This document shows positions 27,712 to 38,111 of a DNA stretch of 64,000 nt, piece after piece. The translations under genes were made by a program, and so were the position numbers. The DNA is from a virus (taxonomy: Duplodnaviria; Heunggongvirae; Uroviricota; Caudoviricetes). Every line of letters begins with the position of its first letter. Within the stretch, counting starts at the first letter, position 1. The notes under the pieces were generated by a model. The model was not told the origin of the DNA. It made no database searches and was given only the letters and a program-made list of their open reading frames with translations. The stretch lies in the IMG/VR virus record IMGVR_UViG_3300042914_002848. One strand, written 5' to 3'.

Positions 27712-30114
27712 TTATCCTTCAGGGAATGCTGCTCCAGTTGGTAATACACTAAAGTCTAATACAATGAATTCAGCAGTTTTCGCTGGTTGTAAGAAGATAT
27801 CACCTTTTAAGATGTTTCTATCAATTACATCAGGCGTATTGTTTGATTCATCCATTATAACTCTGAATGCGTACAAACCATTTCTTTGTTGAATTGATTC
27901 CAAGTAAGGATTAACAATGGATAAGAAACGATTTCGGGTTGCTGCTGTGTTATTTTCAAAAACCAAATATCTCGAAGAAGATGCGATAAACTTCTTAACT
28001 GCAATCAACAATCTTCTTACATTGATTCTATCCAACGCAGATGGTTTAGCTTGTAGGGTTTTCTGTCCAAATACAGTTGCTCCCTGACCAGGGAATGTTG
28101 CGATTGGATTCACTCTACCAACATATAATTCATCTCTCTCATCGTGCGTTAATCTTGTCTTAACCTCAATTACATTTGATAATCCACCACGATTCAATCC
28201 AGCAGGTGCGTACCATTCGGCTGCAACCTGGTCATTGAATGCGATAACGCCAGGTAGAACTACGGATGGTGGGACCCAAACAGGCTTATTCTTATCCGTA
28301 TCCAATATCTTAACCCAAGGGTGGTATGTTGCTACATAGTTGGAATCAAACGAAGAAAGTGAATTTACAACGGTTGATATATTATCACTCCAAGCACCAC
28401 CATCCATTACAAAGAATGTATCACCTCTATCTTCACAAAGGTCTTTTGCGTATGTGGTTACTGAAGAGTGTAATCTATTAATTACACCAGGAATAACAAT
28501 CATATTCATATCAAACTCATCAGGATTTGATACTGCGTTTATTGCTTTTCTCAATGCAACAGTTCCTGCTGAGGTTGCTGATGTACAATCTAATCCCTGT
28601 GTGTTTCCTGTTACAATATCATTACCAACTAATACTTTTCTATTAGGTTGGAATCCATCAAAACCACCTTGAAATGGTATCATAAATTTCCTAGCATCCA
28701 ATTGAGCGGTTGTGGCACTATCAGTTAAAGAAATGGTAGTACTATTTGATTCACAAGTAGCCAAATCAAAATCAGAACCAACCGTAGTAGTGCTTGCATC
28801 GGGAAGTGGATTCAAAAAGTTTAAGTTATCAGTTGTAACAAAATCAAAAGAATAACCTAAATATACATTTTTATTGTATGAACCCGCCAATGATTGAGAT
28901 GCTACATAAGTAGGGGATGGAACAGTATAAGTTGATGGTATTGGTGATGTTAAAGCGCCAAATCCAAAAGGTAATAGCGACGAATCTATTGCTGCTGCGT
29001 CTACATCCGAATCAACTTCTACTCTAATGTAAACTGAATTGTTTGCATAATCACCATTTGTAGATAATTTTCCATTTGCATCTACAGTAATAAATCTATC
29101 ACCAATTACTCTTTTGATATAATTTGGTGAATTTGGGTCTAAGTTTACATTGTTGAATTCCTCTAAAGTATTAGGACGAGTGTCCGAATCTTGTACTCCT
29201 TGTCCAAAAATTGAATAAGGAATTTTAGAGGTATCTACTCTTCTTACTACAACAGTAAATGTACCATAGTCAGAACCTGGAACATCTGCCGCAGTTTTAA
29301 TATCTCTGATACCCACTTTGATTTCATAGTTCGTTGAATTACCATGCGATAATGTATGGAACTTAAATAAGTTTACAGCAGTTCCACCAATCTTTTGTGA
29401 TTTAATAAAAGGTGTTGATGCTACTGAATATTCTTCTGAAAAATCAAATGTTGCAAATGATGCGGTTTGAACAAATACAATGTTACCACCAGTTTCTGCT
29501 GCAAAAGAAGCCGATTGGAATGTATTAAAGTTTAGGTATGTATATGCTTGTTTACTACTTTTCGGTAAGTATCCAAATGTTTTTGTAAAGTAATTTGCAC
29601 TAGTTGGATTTAAGGAAGATGTTGTAGTGTTATTCCCCGTAAATGCCGAACCTGATAGAATTAATCCAAATGATGATGCGGTTACATTCGTTGTTGCACC
29701 ACCTACCAAATTTCTAACAAAAGATGTTTGAAACAAATCACCAGTAGCACTCGGAATAGAACCACTCAAAGATGGATAAAGAACCGCTGCTACTCTATTT
29801 CCTTGTGAAGAGGAAATGTTTAAAACTAATGGTTTAGCAAATGTGTACCCATCAGTTCCTAATACCCTAACAATTGTTGCATTAGGAGCATCCTGCAAAT
29901 AAGCTTGAGCGGTATAAGGAAGGTATGAATCCTCCGTTAAACCACCAAACTTTTGTTGGAACTCATTAAATGATTCAACCCGCGTTGGTACAAACGCAGG
30001 TCCTTTGATAGTTTGTCCGATAAGGACAGCACCTATTTCTGCTACCCCTTGAGGTAAAAACGATAAGTCCTTTTCTCGTGTAAAAACACCCGGACTAACA
30101 ATTCTTTCAGCCAT
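27712..30114 (-). CDS. gp18: Tail sheath protein
   Basis: SPGVFTRE, PAGLNRG, GQKTLQ, LDRINVRRL, PAKTAEFI. Confidence 0.95.
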   Translation of the reverse strand: MAERIVSPGVFTREKDLSFLPQGVAEIGAVLIGQTIKGPAFVPTRVESFNEFQQKFGGLTEDSYLPYTAQAYLQDAPNATIVRVLGTDGYTFAKPLVLNISSSQGNRVAAVLYPSLSGSIPSATGDLFQTSFVRNLVGGATTNVTASSFGLILSGSAFTGNNTTTSSLNPTSANYFTKTFGYLPKSSKQAYTYLNFNTFQSASFAAETGGNIVFVQTASFATFDFSEEYSVASTPFIKSQKIGGTAVNLFKFHTLSHGNSTNYEIKVGIRDIKTAADVPGSDYGTFTVVVRRVDTSKIPYSIFGQGVQDSDTRPNTLEEFNNVNLDPNSPNYIKRVIGDRFITVDANGKLSTNGDYANNSVYIRVEVDSDVDAAAIDSSLLPFGFGALTSPIPSTYTVPSPTYVASQSLAGSYNKNVYLGYSFDFVTTDNLNFLNPLPDASTTTVGSDFDLATCESNSTTISLTDSATTAQLDARKFMIPFQGGFDGFQPNRKVLVGNDIVTGNTQGLDCTSATSAGTVALRKAINAVSNPDEFDMNMIVIPGVINRLHSSVTTYAKDLCEDRGDTFFVMDGGAWSDNISTVVNSLSSFDSNYVATYHPWVKILDTDKNKPVWVPPSVVLPGVIAFNDQVAAEWYAPAGLNRGGLSNVIEVKTRLTHDERDELYVGRVNPIATFPGQGATVFGQKTLQAKPSALDRINVRRLLIAVKKFIASSSRYLVFENNTAATRNRFLSIVNPYLESIQQRNGLYAFRVIMDESNNTPDVIDRNILKGDIFLQPAKTAEFIVLDFSVLPTGAAFPEG

Positions 30115-30177
30115 TACATTCTCCTAATAGTTTTTGTTTCTATATAATAAATACAAAAAAATTAGGGAAACCTATAC

Positions 30178-30459
30178 TTATTGAACTGATGTGAAAGTGT
30201 TTGTATCAATATCGTAAGAACCTACACCATACTTTTGTGTCAATTCTTTACCAAATTCGTTTTGTGACTTAACTAATTCTTTATAAGTTGATATTAACTC
30301 TTCTTTTTCAGCTCTTAAATTAGCGAAAATTTCCTCTAACTCTTTGGATTGTATTTCAATTTCTCCAAGCCGTGCCGTAACTGCAATACTTTTTTGACGA
30401 AATTCTAAAAGCTTTTCTCTTTCAGTTTCTTCAAATTGTTTTACTACTTTTTCTTCCAT
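30178..30459 (-). CDS. Small coiled-coil hypothetical protein
   Basis: 93-aa helical ORF ending KYGVGSYD; late motif at 30494. Confidence 0.65.
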   Translation of the reverse strand: MEEKVVKQFEETEREKLLEFRQKSIAVTARLGEIEIQSKELEEIFANLRAEKEELISTYKELVKSQNEFGKELTQKYGVGSYDIDTNTFTSVQ

Positions 30460-30493
30460 AGATTTTGTTTTTAAGTTGTTTAACTAATGTATA

Positions 30494-30501
30494 TATAAAT
30501 A
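30494..30501 (-). promoter_or_regulatory. Putative late promoter TATTTATA
   Basis: Exact intergenic copy. Confidence 0.55.
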
Positions 30502-30510
30502 TCTAAAAAA

Positions 30511-31347
30511 TTATATAAAATCGTTTTGTGGGTTTGTTTGACCACTTAATTGTGGGTTTTCCGTAAAAGAAATTTTTCCAACTGAATAAACTTTTCTATT
30601 GTTTGGATTCATTCCCGCAAACTCAGGCACAATGTACGCTTTTGATACCAAAGTAATACTTGCTCTTACTATTCTATCATCTCCCGCATCGGTTATTGTT
30701 TCAAAGTTGTATCCATCACCTTTTATTTGGAATTTGAATCTATCACCAAATGACCTACCTTGAAAGAAAATGATTTGTTCAACTACTTTGTTTAGTTGTT
30801 CCATATAATCACACCATATGTTCATTTCATATTGAACATCTAAGTAATCAGGTCTTTCAACAGCAATATATTCTTTTACAGGAGTTTGTCCAGTCAATAT
30901 AGAAAATTGGTCATATCTATTTGCTTTTGTGTATTTCCGCTCAAATGGTTGGTGTGCATCTTCGGAATTTAAAACCTTTAACTTTGCAGCCTGTTGATTG
31001 GTTGATAAGGAGGTTCTTTTAAATACAATTACAGGTGTTTGTATTTTCCCGTTTGCATCTCGCATAAACCCATCTCTTTGAGCCGATACCCATTTTTCGG
31101 GATTTGCATAAATTACTGGGATAGGTATGATTTGCCCATCATCCACTACAAATGGTTTTACATCTTTTACTAAAAAATCTTTGAAAGCCAAGTCAATATC
31201 ATAGATACCAATGGATATATTTTGTGTATTATCCGTGTCCCGTCTAACCTGCTTTGCCTTATTTAACTTAGGATTTTCCGATGTAGATGACATCGTCTGC
31301 TTTAAATCAGGCTTTTCAGAGTTTATATCTCTATATGTGTTACCCAT
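30511..31347 (-). CDS. Tail terminator/sheath stabiliser (gp15-like)
   Basis: IPVIYANPEKW, PVIVFKRT, PDYLDVQYEMNIW; neck-to-sheath synteny. Confidence 0.7.
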   Translation of the reverse strand: MGNTYRDINSEKPDLKQTMSSTSENPKLNKAKQVRRDTDNTQNISIGIYDIDLAFKDFLVKDVKPFVVDDGQIIPIPVIYANPEKWVSAQRDGFMRDANGKIQTPVIVFKRTSLSTNQQAAKLKVLNSEDAHQPFERKYTKANRYDQFSILTGQTPVKEYIAVERPDYLDVQYEMNIWCDYMEQLNKVVEQIIFFQGRSFGDRFKFQIKGDGYNFETITDAGDDRIVRASITLVSKAYIVPEFAGMNPNNRKVYSVGKISFTENPQLSGQTNPQNDFI

Positions 31348-31348
31348 C

Positions 31349-31879
31349 TTATAATCCTACTGGTAAATAACTATCATTTGTTGTAGAGTTTCCATATCTT
31401 ACATCAATCAACTTAATGGATGTTTGGCGGGTAACATGCGTAAGGCATGATATGGAAATTGATGTTCCGTGTCCATCACCACCATCCCAAGTTTCAGGAT
31501 TCTTACCTACAAACAATCGGTTTTCATTTACATTATCAACCATATAATATTCATTATCCCATTGTATGATATCACCAACATCTGGTTTAACATCTTTATC
31601 ATCTTTTAAAGTATCCCTTAAAAAGTTGAATGTAGCTGTATGTGCGTATGATTGTCCAAAATCATCTGAAACCGCTTCAGTATCCTGTCTATCAATTAAG
31701 CAGGGGATTTTAACAGGATTATAAAAAACTTTATCTTTTGATTCCCCATAAAGATTTACCAACGATTCATCCAATACAGGCTTATAATAATACACTTCTG
31801 TATCAATTATTTCATTGATGAGTTCTTTGTTTAACCTTCTGATTAAACTAATATCTCTTGCCGAACCAAATAATGCCAT
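31349..31879 (-). CDS. Neck protein (gp14-like)
   Basis: VYYYK...NLYGE...PDVGDIIQWDNEYY; follows the gp13-like gene. Confidence 0.7.
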   Translation of the reverse strand: MALFGSARDISLIRRLNKELINEIIDTEVYYYKPVLDESLVNLYGESKDKVFYNPVKIPCLIDRQDTEAVSDDFGQSYAHTATFNFLRDTLKDDKDVKPDVGDIIQWDNEYYMVDNVNENRLFVGKNPETWDGGDGHGTSISISCLTHVTRQTSIKLIDVRYGNSTTNDSYLPVGL

Positions 31880-31883
31880 TGGA

Positions 31884-33047
31884 TTATCCTATATAAATTG
31901 GCATTGGGACACGATTAAGTGTTGATTCTAAAAATTCAGTTTCATCCTTTTTGGCTTCTAAAAGCGACCTTCTGCTTGTTGCTTCTAACATCTCTTTAAT
32001 TTGTGTTATTAACTGCTCTTTTTCAGTTGCGGCTTGGGTTCTTAAATCTGAACCATCCAATGTAACTTCAGCGCCAGGGATTGGAATTGAACTAAATTTA
32101 GAACGAACTGTCCCCAATACCTCTTTTACCAATACCAATGTATATTTAAATATCCACTGTCTACCATGCGCATTTATATCACAATAATCTAATCTACCAA
32201 ATGGAGCATTTGAAAAATCGGATACAACATTTTCTTTAGCCACTGGATTATTTCTCTCCGAATCCAATGTATATTCAAAGTGAATTTTTAACCCATCGTA
32301 TAAATCCGTTGGAAATGGAAATATACGAATCCTTTTACCATACAACTTAAACCCATATTGAGATTTTCTAATCAAGTCGTTAAATTCAATCGCCTGTAAA
32401 CGAAGAAGGTCATCATACATAGGTTGCATCATAAACGATACACCCGGTGAGTAATTACCCCAACCAAAGGTTTCCATCATTTGTTGCGAACCTAAGCCTG
32501 TTCCAATGAACGGGTCAAAGTAACGAACAATCGCAGGTGGGTTCTCGTGGTGCATTTTACGAATAGTTATAGAATCGGTTGATAAATTACCTGCTTCTAA
32601 ACTTGCCACCGAGCTATCACCCAAATCATAAATTTGTACTCCGGTTACCATTGTAAATGAGCCTGTATAGTGAGTTAATCTACCACCACTCCCCGCTTCA
32701 GTTCCATAATCAGATGCGATATTTACTACCCCACCAAAGTTATTGTTCAACAATTTTTTGGTAAAGTTGCTGGTTAGCGATGAACCCTGAATACTTAATA
32801 AGTTTTCTTTGGTTCGGTATTGGTTTAATTGGGATGAAAATTCATCTACTGCTTCTTCAAAGCACGCATAAAAATCTATATCTTGCAGTTCTATATCCAC
32901 AATAGGATAACCAAGCCTCAGAGAACACCACTTTGTTACTGAGTCTGCATCAACTTGGAAATCATAATCATTATCAAACCATCCAAAGGGTGTTTTACCA
33001 GGAAAGAATGATGATGAACCAGGATATATTGGAATATTAACTGCCAT
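31884..33047 (-). CDS. Neck protein/head-tail adaptor (gp13-like)
   Basis: LRLGYPIVDIEL, WIFKYTL..KEVLG, PGAEVTLDG. Confidence 0.8.
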   Translation of the reverse strand: MAVNIPIYPGSSSFFPGKTPFGWFDNDYDFQVDADSVTKWCSLRLGYPIVDIELQDIDFYACFEEAVDEFSSQLNQYRTKENLLSIQGSSLTSNFTKKLLNNNFGGVVNIASDYGTEAGSGGRLTHYTGSFTMVTGVQIYDLGDSSVASLEAGNLSTDSITIRKMHHENPPAIVRYFDPFIGTGLGSQQMMETFGWGNYSPGVSFMMQPMYDDLLRLQAIEFNDLIRKSQYGFKLYGKRIRIFPFPTDLYDGLKIHFEYTLDSERNNPVAKENVVSDFSNAPFGRLDYCDINAHGRQWIFKYTLVLVKEVLGTVRSKFSSIPIPGAEVTLDGSDLRTQAATEKEQLITQIKEMLEATSRRSLLEAKKDETEFLESTLNRVPMPIYIG

Positions 33048-33052
33048 TTTTG

Positions 33053-33400
33053 TTATTCTCCGCTACCGTCGGTTGTTGGTTCGGTTGGTTCTACAACCAC
33101 AGGTTTTACATAATGTTCAAATATTGCCGCAGCGTTTACATCGTTTGCGGTTTTAAGGTTATTAATAACATAGGTTTCTAACGCATCAATTAGTTTTGAA
33201 TAACCATCCGTAATTTCGGAGTTATACACTAATTCATTTTTATCAATTGAATGATATGCTACCGTTCCACCTCCGCTGATATGAACATCCATCTGTAATT
33301 GTCCTGCGTATTGTAAATGCGGAACAAGTGTTAGTAGTGGTGATTCGTGAATCAGGCCTGTTGTTGGGTTTTTGAAATACCCTGTTACTTTTATTGCCAT
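33053..33400 (-). CDS. Hypothetical virion-region protein
   Basis: 115-aa ORF with a GGAG SD and late motif at 33420. Confidence 0.6.
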   Translation of the reverse strand: MAIKVTGYFKNPTTGLIHESPLLTLVPHLQYAGQLQMDVHISGGGTVAYHSIDKNELVYNSEITDGYSKLIDALETYVINNLKTANDVNAAAIFEHYVKPVVVEPTEPTTDGSGE

Positions 33401-33419
33401 AATACTTTTCTCCGTTTTA

Positions 33420-33427
33420 TATAAATA
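33420..33427 (-). promoter_or_regulatory. Putative late promoter TATTTATA
   Basis: Exact intergenic copy. Confidence 0.55.
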
Positions 33428-33450
33428 GTTTTATTTTTGATTATGTGGTT

Positions 33451-33963
33451 TTAATATAATGCGTTCCAAGAAGAACCATTCCAAAAATAAGGTTTTAAAT
33501 TTGCACCACTACCACTCGTTGCGAATGATGCGGATGGAACATTACTTGTTGGTAGGGGATGGAGTGGTGATAGGGTAAATAATGCGTTTGCTCCTGTAAT
33601 GTGTAACTGAGATTGTGGGGTAGTAGTTCCTATACCTACATTACCACTCGAACTTACAAATAAAAATGTAGATGAACCACTTTGTACTTTAAAAGTATCT
33701 GTTCCTATATTTACAGAAGCAGTTATACTGCCTGTAGTTATTTGATTAGTAATTGCAGTTCCTGCATTGCCCATATCCCCTTTATCACCCTTATCACCTT
33801 TAGGGCCTTTAGATGCTACAGTAACAACTGTTGTTTCTTTTTGTGTTACATTAACAGATGTATCTCGGTTCTTATCAGAGATTACAATCGTGTTTTCGTT
33901 TTTGGTTAATTCTACTGAATTTTGATTTGGTACAACTTTTACATTTAGTCTATCATTATTCAC
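33451..33963 (-). CDS. Fibre-like protein with short collagen-like stretch
   Basis: GPKGDKGDKGDMGNAG plus the SSSGNVGIGTTTP module shared with the tail-fibre genes. Confidence 0.6.
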   Translation of the reverse strand: MNNDRLNVKVVPNQNSVELTKNENTIVISDKNRDTSVNVTQKETTVVTVASKGPKGDKGDKGDMGNAGTAITNQITTGSITASVNIGTDTFKVQSGSSTFLFVSSSGNVGIGTTTPQSQLHITGANALFTLSPLHPLPTSNVPSASFATSGSGANLKPYFWNGSSWNALY

Positions 33964-34349
33964 CTAGTTACCTCTTTTGAAAGTTTTACTATACCTTCCA
34001 ATAATCTTGTAACCACACCTGTAGAGGATTCTAATTCTATATCGTAAACCCCCTCCGTAAAACTTAATCCAGATGATGTTGCTGCAGAAATAAATAAACC
34101 AACACTACCTGATGTTCTTGGTAATGTTAGTGATGCGGAGGTTGGTGTTAAGTTTAAACCCGTACCATCGGATGCGGTAACACTTGTTATTGATAGATGT
34201 GTTGTAGATGAATCTATCGTTGGTCTTATTTGCATCCTTGCCGTATATCCACTTAAATCAACAGGATTTCCATTAGAATCTTTATATTCCAACAATAAAT
34301 CAGTAGTTGCTCCCTGCTCTATGGTTAATAAGTATCTTCCTGCTGCCAT
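33960..34349 (-). CDS. Beta-sandwich virion adaptor protein (BppU-like)
   Basis: LTIEQGAT...DLSGYTARMQIR...GVYDIEL...RLLEG. Confidence 0.55.
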   Translation of the reverse strand: MAAGRYLLTIEQGATTDLLLEYKDSNGNPVDLSGYTARMQIRPTIDSSTTHLSITSVTASDGTGLNLTPTSASLTLPRTSGSVGLFISAATSSGLSFTEGVYDIELESSTGVVTRLLEGIVKLSKEVTR

Positions 34350-34371
34350 TTTTTTACTCCTCTATTATTAA

Positions 34372-34379
34372 TATAAATA
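34372..34379 (-). promoter_or_regulatory. Putative late promoter TATTTATA
   Basis: Exact copy followed by a GAGGAG SD. Confidence 0.55.
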
Positions 34380-34380
34380 T

Positions 34381-35040
34381 CTAATATTCGTATAATAGTT
34401 TAAATATTTCATCCAACGCTGGGTGTCTATGATTATCTTTTAAAGTTACAGTGTAAACATACCCACTTGGTTTTAATTTTGCTACCTCATGAATAGCAGA
34501 ATCGTTTGCGGATTTTAAATCTATCTGTTGTGGGTCTCCACATAATATCATCTTTGAATTCTTACCCAATCTCCCCAATACCATCGCAAGTTGGGATTTT
34601 GTAAGATTCTGAAACTCATCAACAATACAAACACAATCATCAAAGGTTCTACCTCTAAAGTGTGTAAGCGATACCAACTCTACTTTTTCATCCTGCTCCA
34701 TCTTATCTAATACAGAAGATTTATCATACACCTTTCGCATATTAGAACGAATAGGGACTAACCACGGCTCTAATTTTTCTTCTAAAGAACCAGGTAAAAA
34801 TCCATTATCTTCATTGGATACCGTTGGTCTTGTAACAACAATTTTGTTATAATCCCTTTTAAAAAAAGAATCTAATGCGATTTGGCAGGCAAGAAGTGTT
34901 TTACCACTACCCGCTTTTCCCATTACAAAATTAAATGGGTGTTGAAGAATATTTTGTTTTGCCTGCTTTTGTTCATCAGAAAGTGTGATTGAGAACTTTA
35001 TATCTCCCTTTGGGACTCGTTTTTCTATGTTTTCAGTCAT
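34381..35040 (-). CDS. phoH: PhoH-family ATPase
   Basis: GKAGSGKT, VTRP, GFLPGSL, HFRGRTF, VDEFQN, GDPQQIDL. Confidence 0.92.
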   Translation of the reverse strand: MTENIEKRVPKGDIKFSITLSDEQKQAKQNILQHPFNFVMGKAGSGKTLLACQIALDSFFKRDYNKIVVTRPTVSNEDNGFLPGSLEEKLEPWLVPIRSNMRKVYDKSSVLDKMEQDEKVELVSLTHFRGRTFDDCVCIVDEFQNLTKSQLAMVLGRLGKNSKMILCGDPQQIDLKSANDSAIHEVAKLKPSGYVYTVTLKDNHRHPALDEIFKLLYEY

Positions 35041-35063
35041 AATTGTAACCCATTTAAGTTTAC

Positions 35064-35071
35064 TATAAATA
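35064..35071 (-). promoter_or_regulatory. Putative late promoter TATTTATA
   Basis: Exact copy upstream of phoH, just after the capsid terminator. Confidence 0.55.
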
Positions 35072-35078
35072 TCCCCAT

Positions 35079-35116
35079 AAAAAACAAAAGGGGAAGGTTT
35101 TCACCCTCCCCCTTTG
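35079..35116 (-). terminator. Intrinsic terminator after major capsid gene
   Basis: Sense AAAGGGGGAGG-GTGAAAA-CCTTCCCCTTT followed by TGTTTTTT. Confidence 0.85.
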
Positions 35117-35138
35117 AATTTATAATCCTTCAATCAGA

Positions 35139-36806
35139 TTATTGACCGGAGATAGTCTCCAATCCGTTCACATACACTTTACCATAGAACTCACCTCTCA
35201 CCATTTCTTTGGCGTAGCGGGTCATAACACCCTTACGAGGAGTAAAGTTCTTATAGTCATACACAAGCGGAGTCATAATTAATGGAATGTATGGAGCGTA
35301 AACAGCACCAGTTTCCAAGAATTGTGTTCCTTTGTAACCCAACAACACAAGGTTTTCTTGCATATATGGATTCTTATACACTTTGTAACGCTGAGCGAAA
35401 GAACCTACACGGGTTAAACCGAATGCGAATTCTCTCTCAGCACCAGTTCCATCAGCTACATAGCCAGGAATTGATTCTAACACAGTTGCAACATCAGGAG
35501 ATACTACTAAGAAGTTTGCACCACCACGCATTGTCTTAGCGTGAATTTGGTTAGAAACTCTTTGTAATACAGTTCCGAATGTAGCGAACCAAGTTCCCTG
35601 AATGTAAGCTTGTCCGTTCAAGTTAGTATCTTGTACGAATGCACTACCATTCCAAACTTGTCCGATTTTTGCAGACCAGTAACCTGTAGTCAATGCGTTT
35701 TGAATTAACATATCCAAGATTTCAAAATCAATCTCTTGTGATACATATTCAGATAACATTGAAGTTAATTCTGCTTCTGCATCAATAGAGTGATATGCGT
35801 TCAAGTCCTGCGCAAATTCAGGTGTCCATTGTGCTTTCAACTTACGAGTCTTAGCAACAATCGGAATTGAACGCATCTCAATGTTCAATTCTGGCACATT
35901 CAAATCGGTTTCAGGATTTACTTCCATTGCAGATTTAGTTGTTTCAAAATCACCACGAGTATCAGATGTTGGTTGTTTTTGGTATTTTACAATAAGGTTT
36001 TGTTGAGCACCTGCTGCTGTCAACGAACCACTTACAATAAACGAAATGGTTGTATCGTTTACAATTTTTGTAAATTGTGGGAAGAACGCAGATACACCAG
36101 TACCTTCAATTGTAAAGGCACGAACACCTTCCAAATCAGGTCTTGTCAAACCAGCAACTGCAAGTGTTACTTTGTTAAACGCGGCTGAGGCACTGTAAGT
36201 AGTAGTAAATGCTGAATCCCAATTAAACTCATCATCATCAGATGCTTTAGCAGGAATTACTGATGTGATAGAACCCGTTGTGGTTGCTGGTGCGAATGAA
36301 CCAGAAACTCTAATAGTTGCTGAATCATCATTGATGGTGTAACCGAAACGGCCAGCACCATATAGACCACCTGAAGACTGGTTAGCAGTTTCGGTGATAC
36401 CAAATACTGAGTCGGCTTGTGAATCTTTACCTGAACCAGTTGTGAAACCTGGCTGACCTGTTCCATACTTAAAATCTAAGTAGAAAATAAGACCGGAAGG
36501 AAGGTTCATTGGTTGTACTGAAACGAACTCTTTCGCAGCGATTTCAGAGAAAATACGACGAACAAGCGGAAGAGCTACACCATTCCACTCTTCACCATTT
36601 GCACCAAACATATTGGTTGCAGTTGCTTCAGTTACTAATTGTTTTGCTTGGTTTTCCAAAAGTTGTGCCATATTGGAAATTTCAGTCTCATTAGAAATTC
36701 CTTCTAAAAGACCTGTTTTTTTCCACTTAGCAACTAAACCTTTGGCTTCTTTACGAAGCACTCTTTCAAATCCAGCGCTTTCGTTTAAAATGCTTTTTAT
36801 ATTCAT
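35139..36806 (-). CDS. gp23: Major capsid protein
   Basis: VQPMNLPSGLIFYL, AKTRKLKAQWTPEFAQDLNAYHSIDAEAEL, YAPYIPL, MTRY. Confidence 0.95.
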   Translation of the reverse strand: MNIKSILNESAGFERVLRKEAKGLVAKWKKTGLLEGISNETEISNMAQLLENQAKQLVTEATATNMFGANGEEWNGVALPLVRRIFSEIAAKEFVSVQPMNLPSGLIFYLDFKYGTGQPGFTTGSGKDSQADSVFGITETANQSSGGLYGAGRFGYTINDDSATIRVSGSFAPATTTGSITSVIPAKASDDDEFNWDSAFTTTYSASAAFNKVTLAVAGLTRPDLEGVRAFTIEGTGVSAFFPQFTKIVNDTTISFIVSGSLTAAGAQQNLIVKYQKQPTSDTRGDFETTKSAMEVNPETDLNVPELNIEMRSIPIVAKTRKLKAQWTPEFAQDLNAYHSIDAEAELTSMLSEYVSQEIDFEILDMLIQNALTTGYWSAKIGQVWNGSAFVQDTNLNGQAYIQGTWFATFGTVLQRVSNQIHAKTMRGGANFLVVSPDVATVLESIPGYVADGTGAEREFAFGLTRVGSFAQRYKVYKNPYMQENLVLLGYKGTQFLETGAVYAPYIPLIMTPLVYDYKNFTPRKGVMTRYAKEMVRGEFYGKVYVNGLETISGQ

Positions 36807-36832
36807 TTTTATCCTTTATTTTGGTTATACGA

Positions 36833-37972
36833 TTATTTTTTGATATTAGCGAGTTTTTGGAATCTCATTGCCAATGAAGAACCTTCGGTAATGATACCAG
36901 CAGGCTTTGTTCCTTTAGTTGGTCTTGATGCAAATGATTCTTTTACAACTCTATTTTGTGTTTTTCTTGCAACATTAAGATTTTCACCCAATGTAGCGAA
37001 AACTAATTTTACTTCTCTCAAAGATGAAGCACGGTCAAAGTTTTCAACAACTTTAACTTTTTGCTTTTCATTCAAATCAAAGTTTCTGAAAAGTTTGTTA
37101 GTGTATAAAAGTTTTGCATTTAAAAGGTTTACCTCATTGATGGTATTCTTCAATGATTTGATAACTTTATATGCTTCTTCTAAATCACTCTTCATTTCAT
37201 CAGCTTCTTCTTCGGTCATACCAGCAGTATCTTCTTCATCTTCAGCAGGTACATCACCATTCATTTCTCTAAGGGCTCTGATAACCTCATCTAAATTAAC
37301 TTCTTCATCACCATCTTCTTCTTCTGCAACAAAATCACCTTCTTCAGGATATTCAGTACCACCAGTTAAATCATCTACTTTGTTATCACCAGTTCCAATT
37401 GCAGAAGATTCCAATTCAGTTAATCTCTTACTGATTCTTTCACGAATTCTTTTTAATTCGGTGATTTCAGGATTTTCCATTTCTTCCTCTTCTTCAGTTG
37501 TGATGGTTTCATCTTCTTCACCACCCATTTCAGCTTCCAATTCTTTGATAATTGATTCTAAATCCAAATCCGACATATCCTCTTCTTCACCACCCATTTC
37601 ATCCTCATCATCTTCTTCTTCGGCTTCTTCACCACCCATAGTACCCATCATCATTTCATCTTCTTCTTCAGTTGTCATAGTGTCATCTTCTTCACTACCC
37701 ATTTCATCTTCTTCAGTTGTCATGGTTTCATCTTCTTCACCTTCGTAGCCTTCACCATATCCTTCTTCAGTACCCATCATCATCTCATCTTCTTCGGTTG
37801 CAAGAGTTTCATCATCTTCTAACTCTTCGGCCAATTTGTGAGACAACATAGACTGTAGTCTTGGTGTGAATGCTTCCTCAAGGGCGATTTTTGCATTTGC
37901 TAATGCGGTTTCCTTAACGGCTTTAGCATCGGCGATTGCTTCTTTAAGCAAATCTTTTTTGCCTGTTTTCAT
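36833..37972 (-). CDS. Prohead core/scaffold protein (gp22-like)
   Basis: LLKEAIADAKAVKE, very acidic middle, NEVNLLNAKLLYTNKLF; directly upstream of the capsid gene. Confidence 0.85.
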   Translation of the reverse strand: MKTGKKDLLKEAIADAKAVKETALANAKIALEEAFTPRLQSMLSHKLAEELEDDETLATEEDEMMMGTEEGYGEGYEGEEDETMTTEEDEMGSEEDDTMTTEEEDEMMMGTMGGEEAEEEDDEDEMGGEEEDMSDLDLESIIKELEAEMGGEEDETITTEEEEEMENPEITELKRIRERISKRLTELESSAIGTGDNKVDDLTGGTEYPEEGDFVAEEEDGDEEVNLDEVIRALREMNGDVPAEDEEDTAGMTEEEADEMKSDLEEAYKVIKSLKNTINEVNLLNAKLLYTNKLFRNFDLNEKQKVKVVENFDRASSLREVKLVFATLGENLNVARKTQNRVVKESFASRPTKGTKPAGIITEGSSLAMRFQKLANIKK

Positions 37973-38072
37973 TTAATCTCCTAAATTTTTTGGAAAAATA
38001 AGATTATTAAAAATCTTAATAAGTGTTATAATAATGTTAGCCCCACAATTAGTATTAGGGCATTAATTTAAC

Positions 38073-38080
38073 AATAAATA
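38073..38080 (-). promoter_or_regulatory. Putative late promoter variant TATTTATT
   Basis: Upstream of the scaffold-capsid operon. Confidence 0.5.
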
Positions 38081-38111
38081 TAGTAATTTTTTTGAAAACA
38101 CTAAAAAGTTG

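Noticed and set aside
36840-37748. 302-aa + strand ORF
   Set aside because: Antisense shadow of the Glu/Asp-rich scaffold gene (poly-Ser from GAA/GAT complements); no initiation signals.
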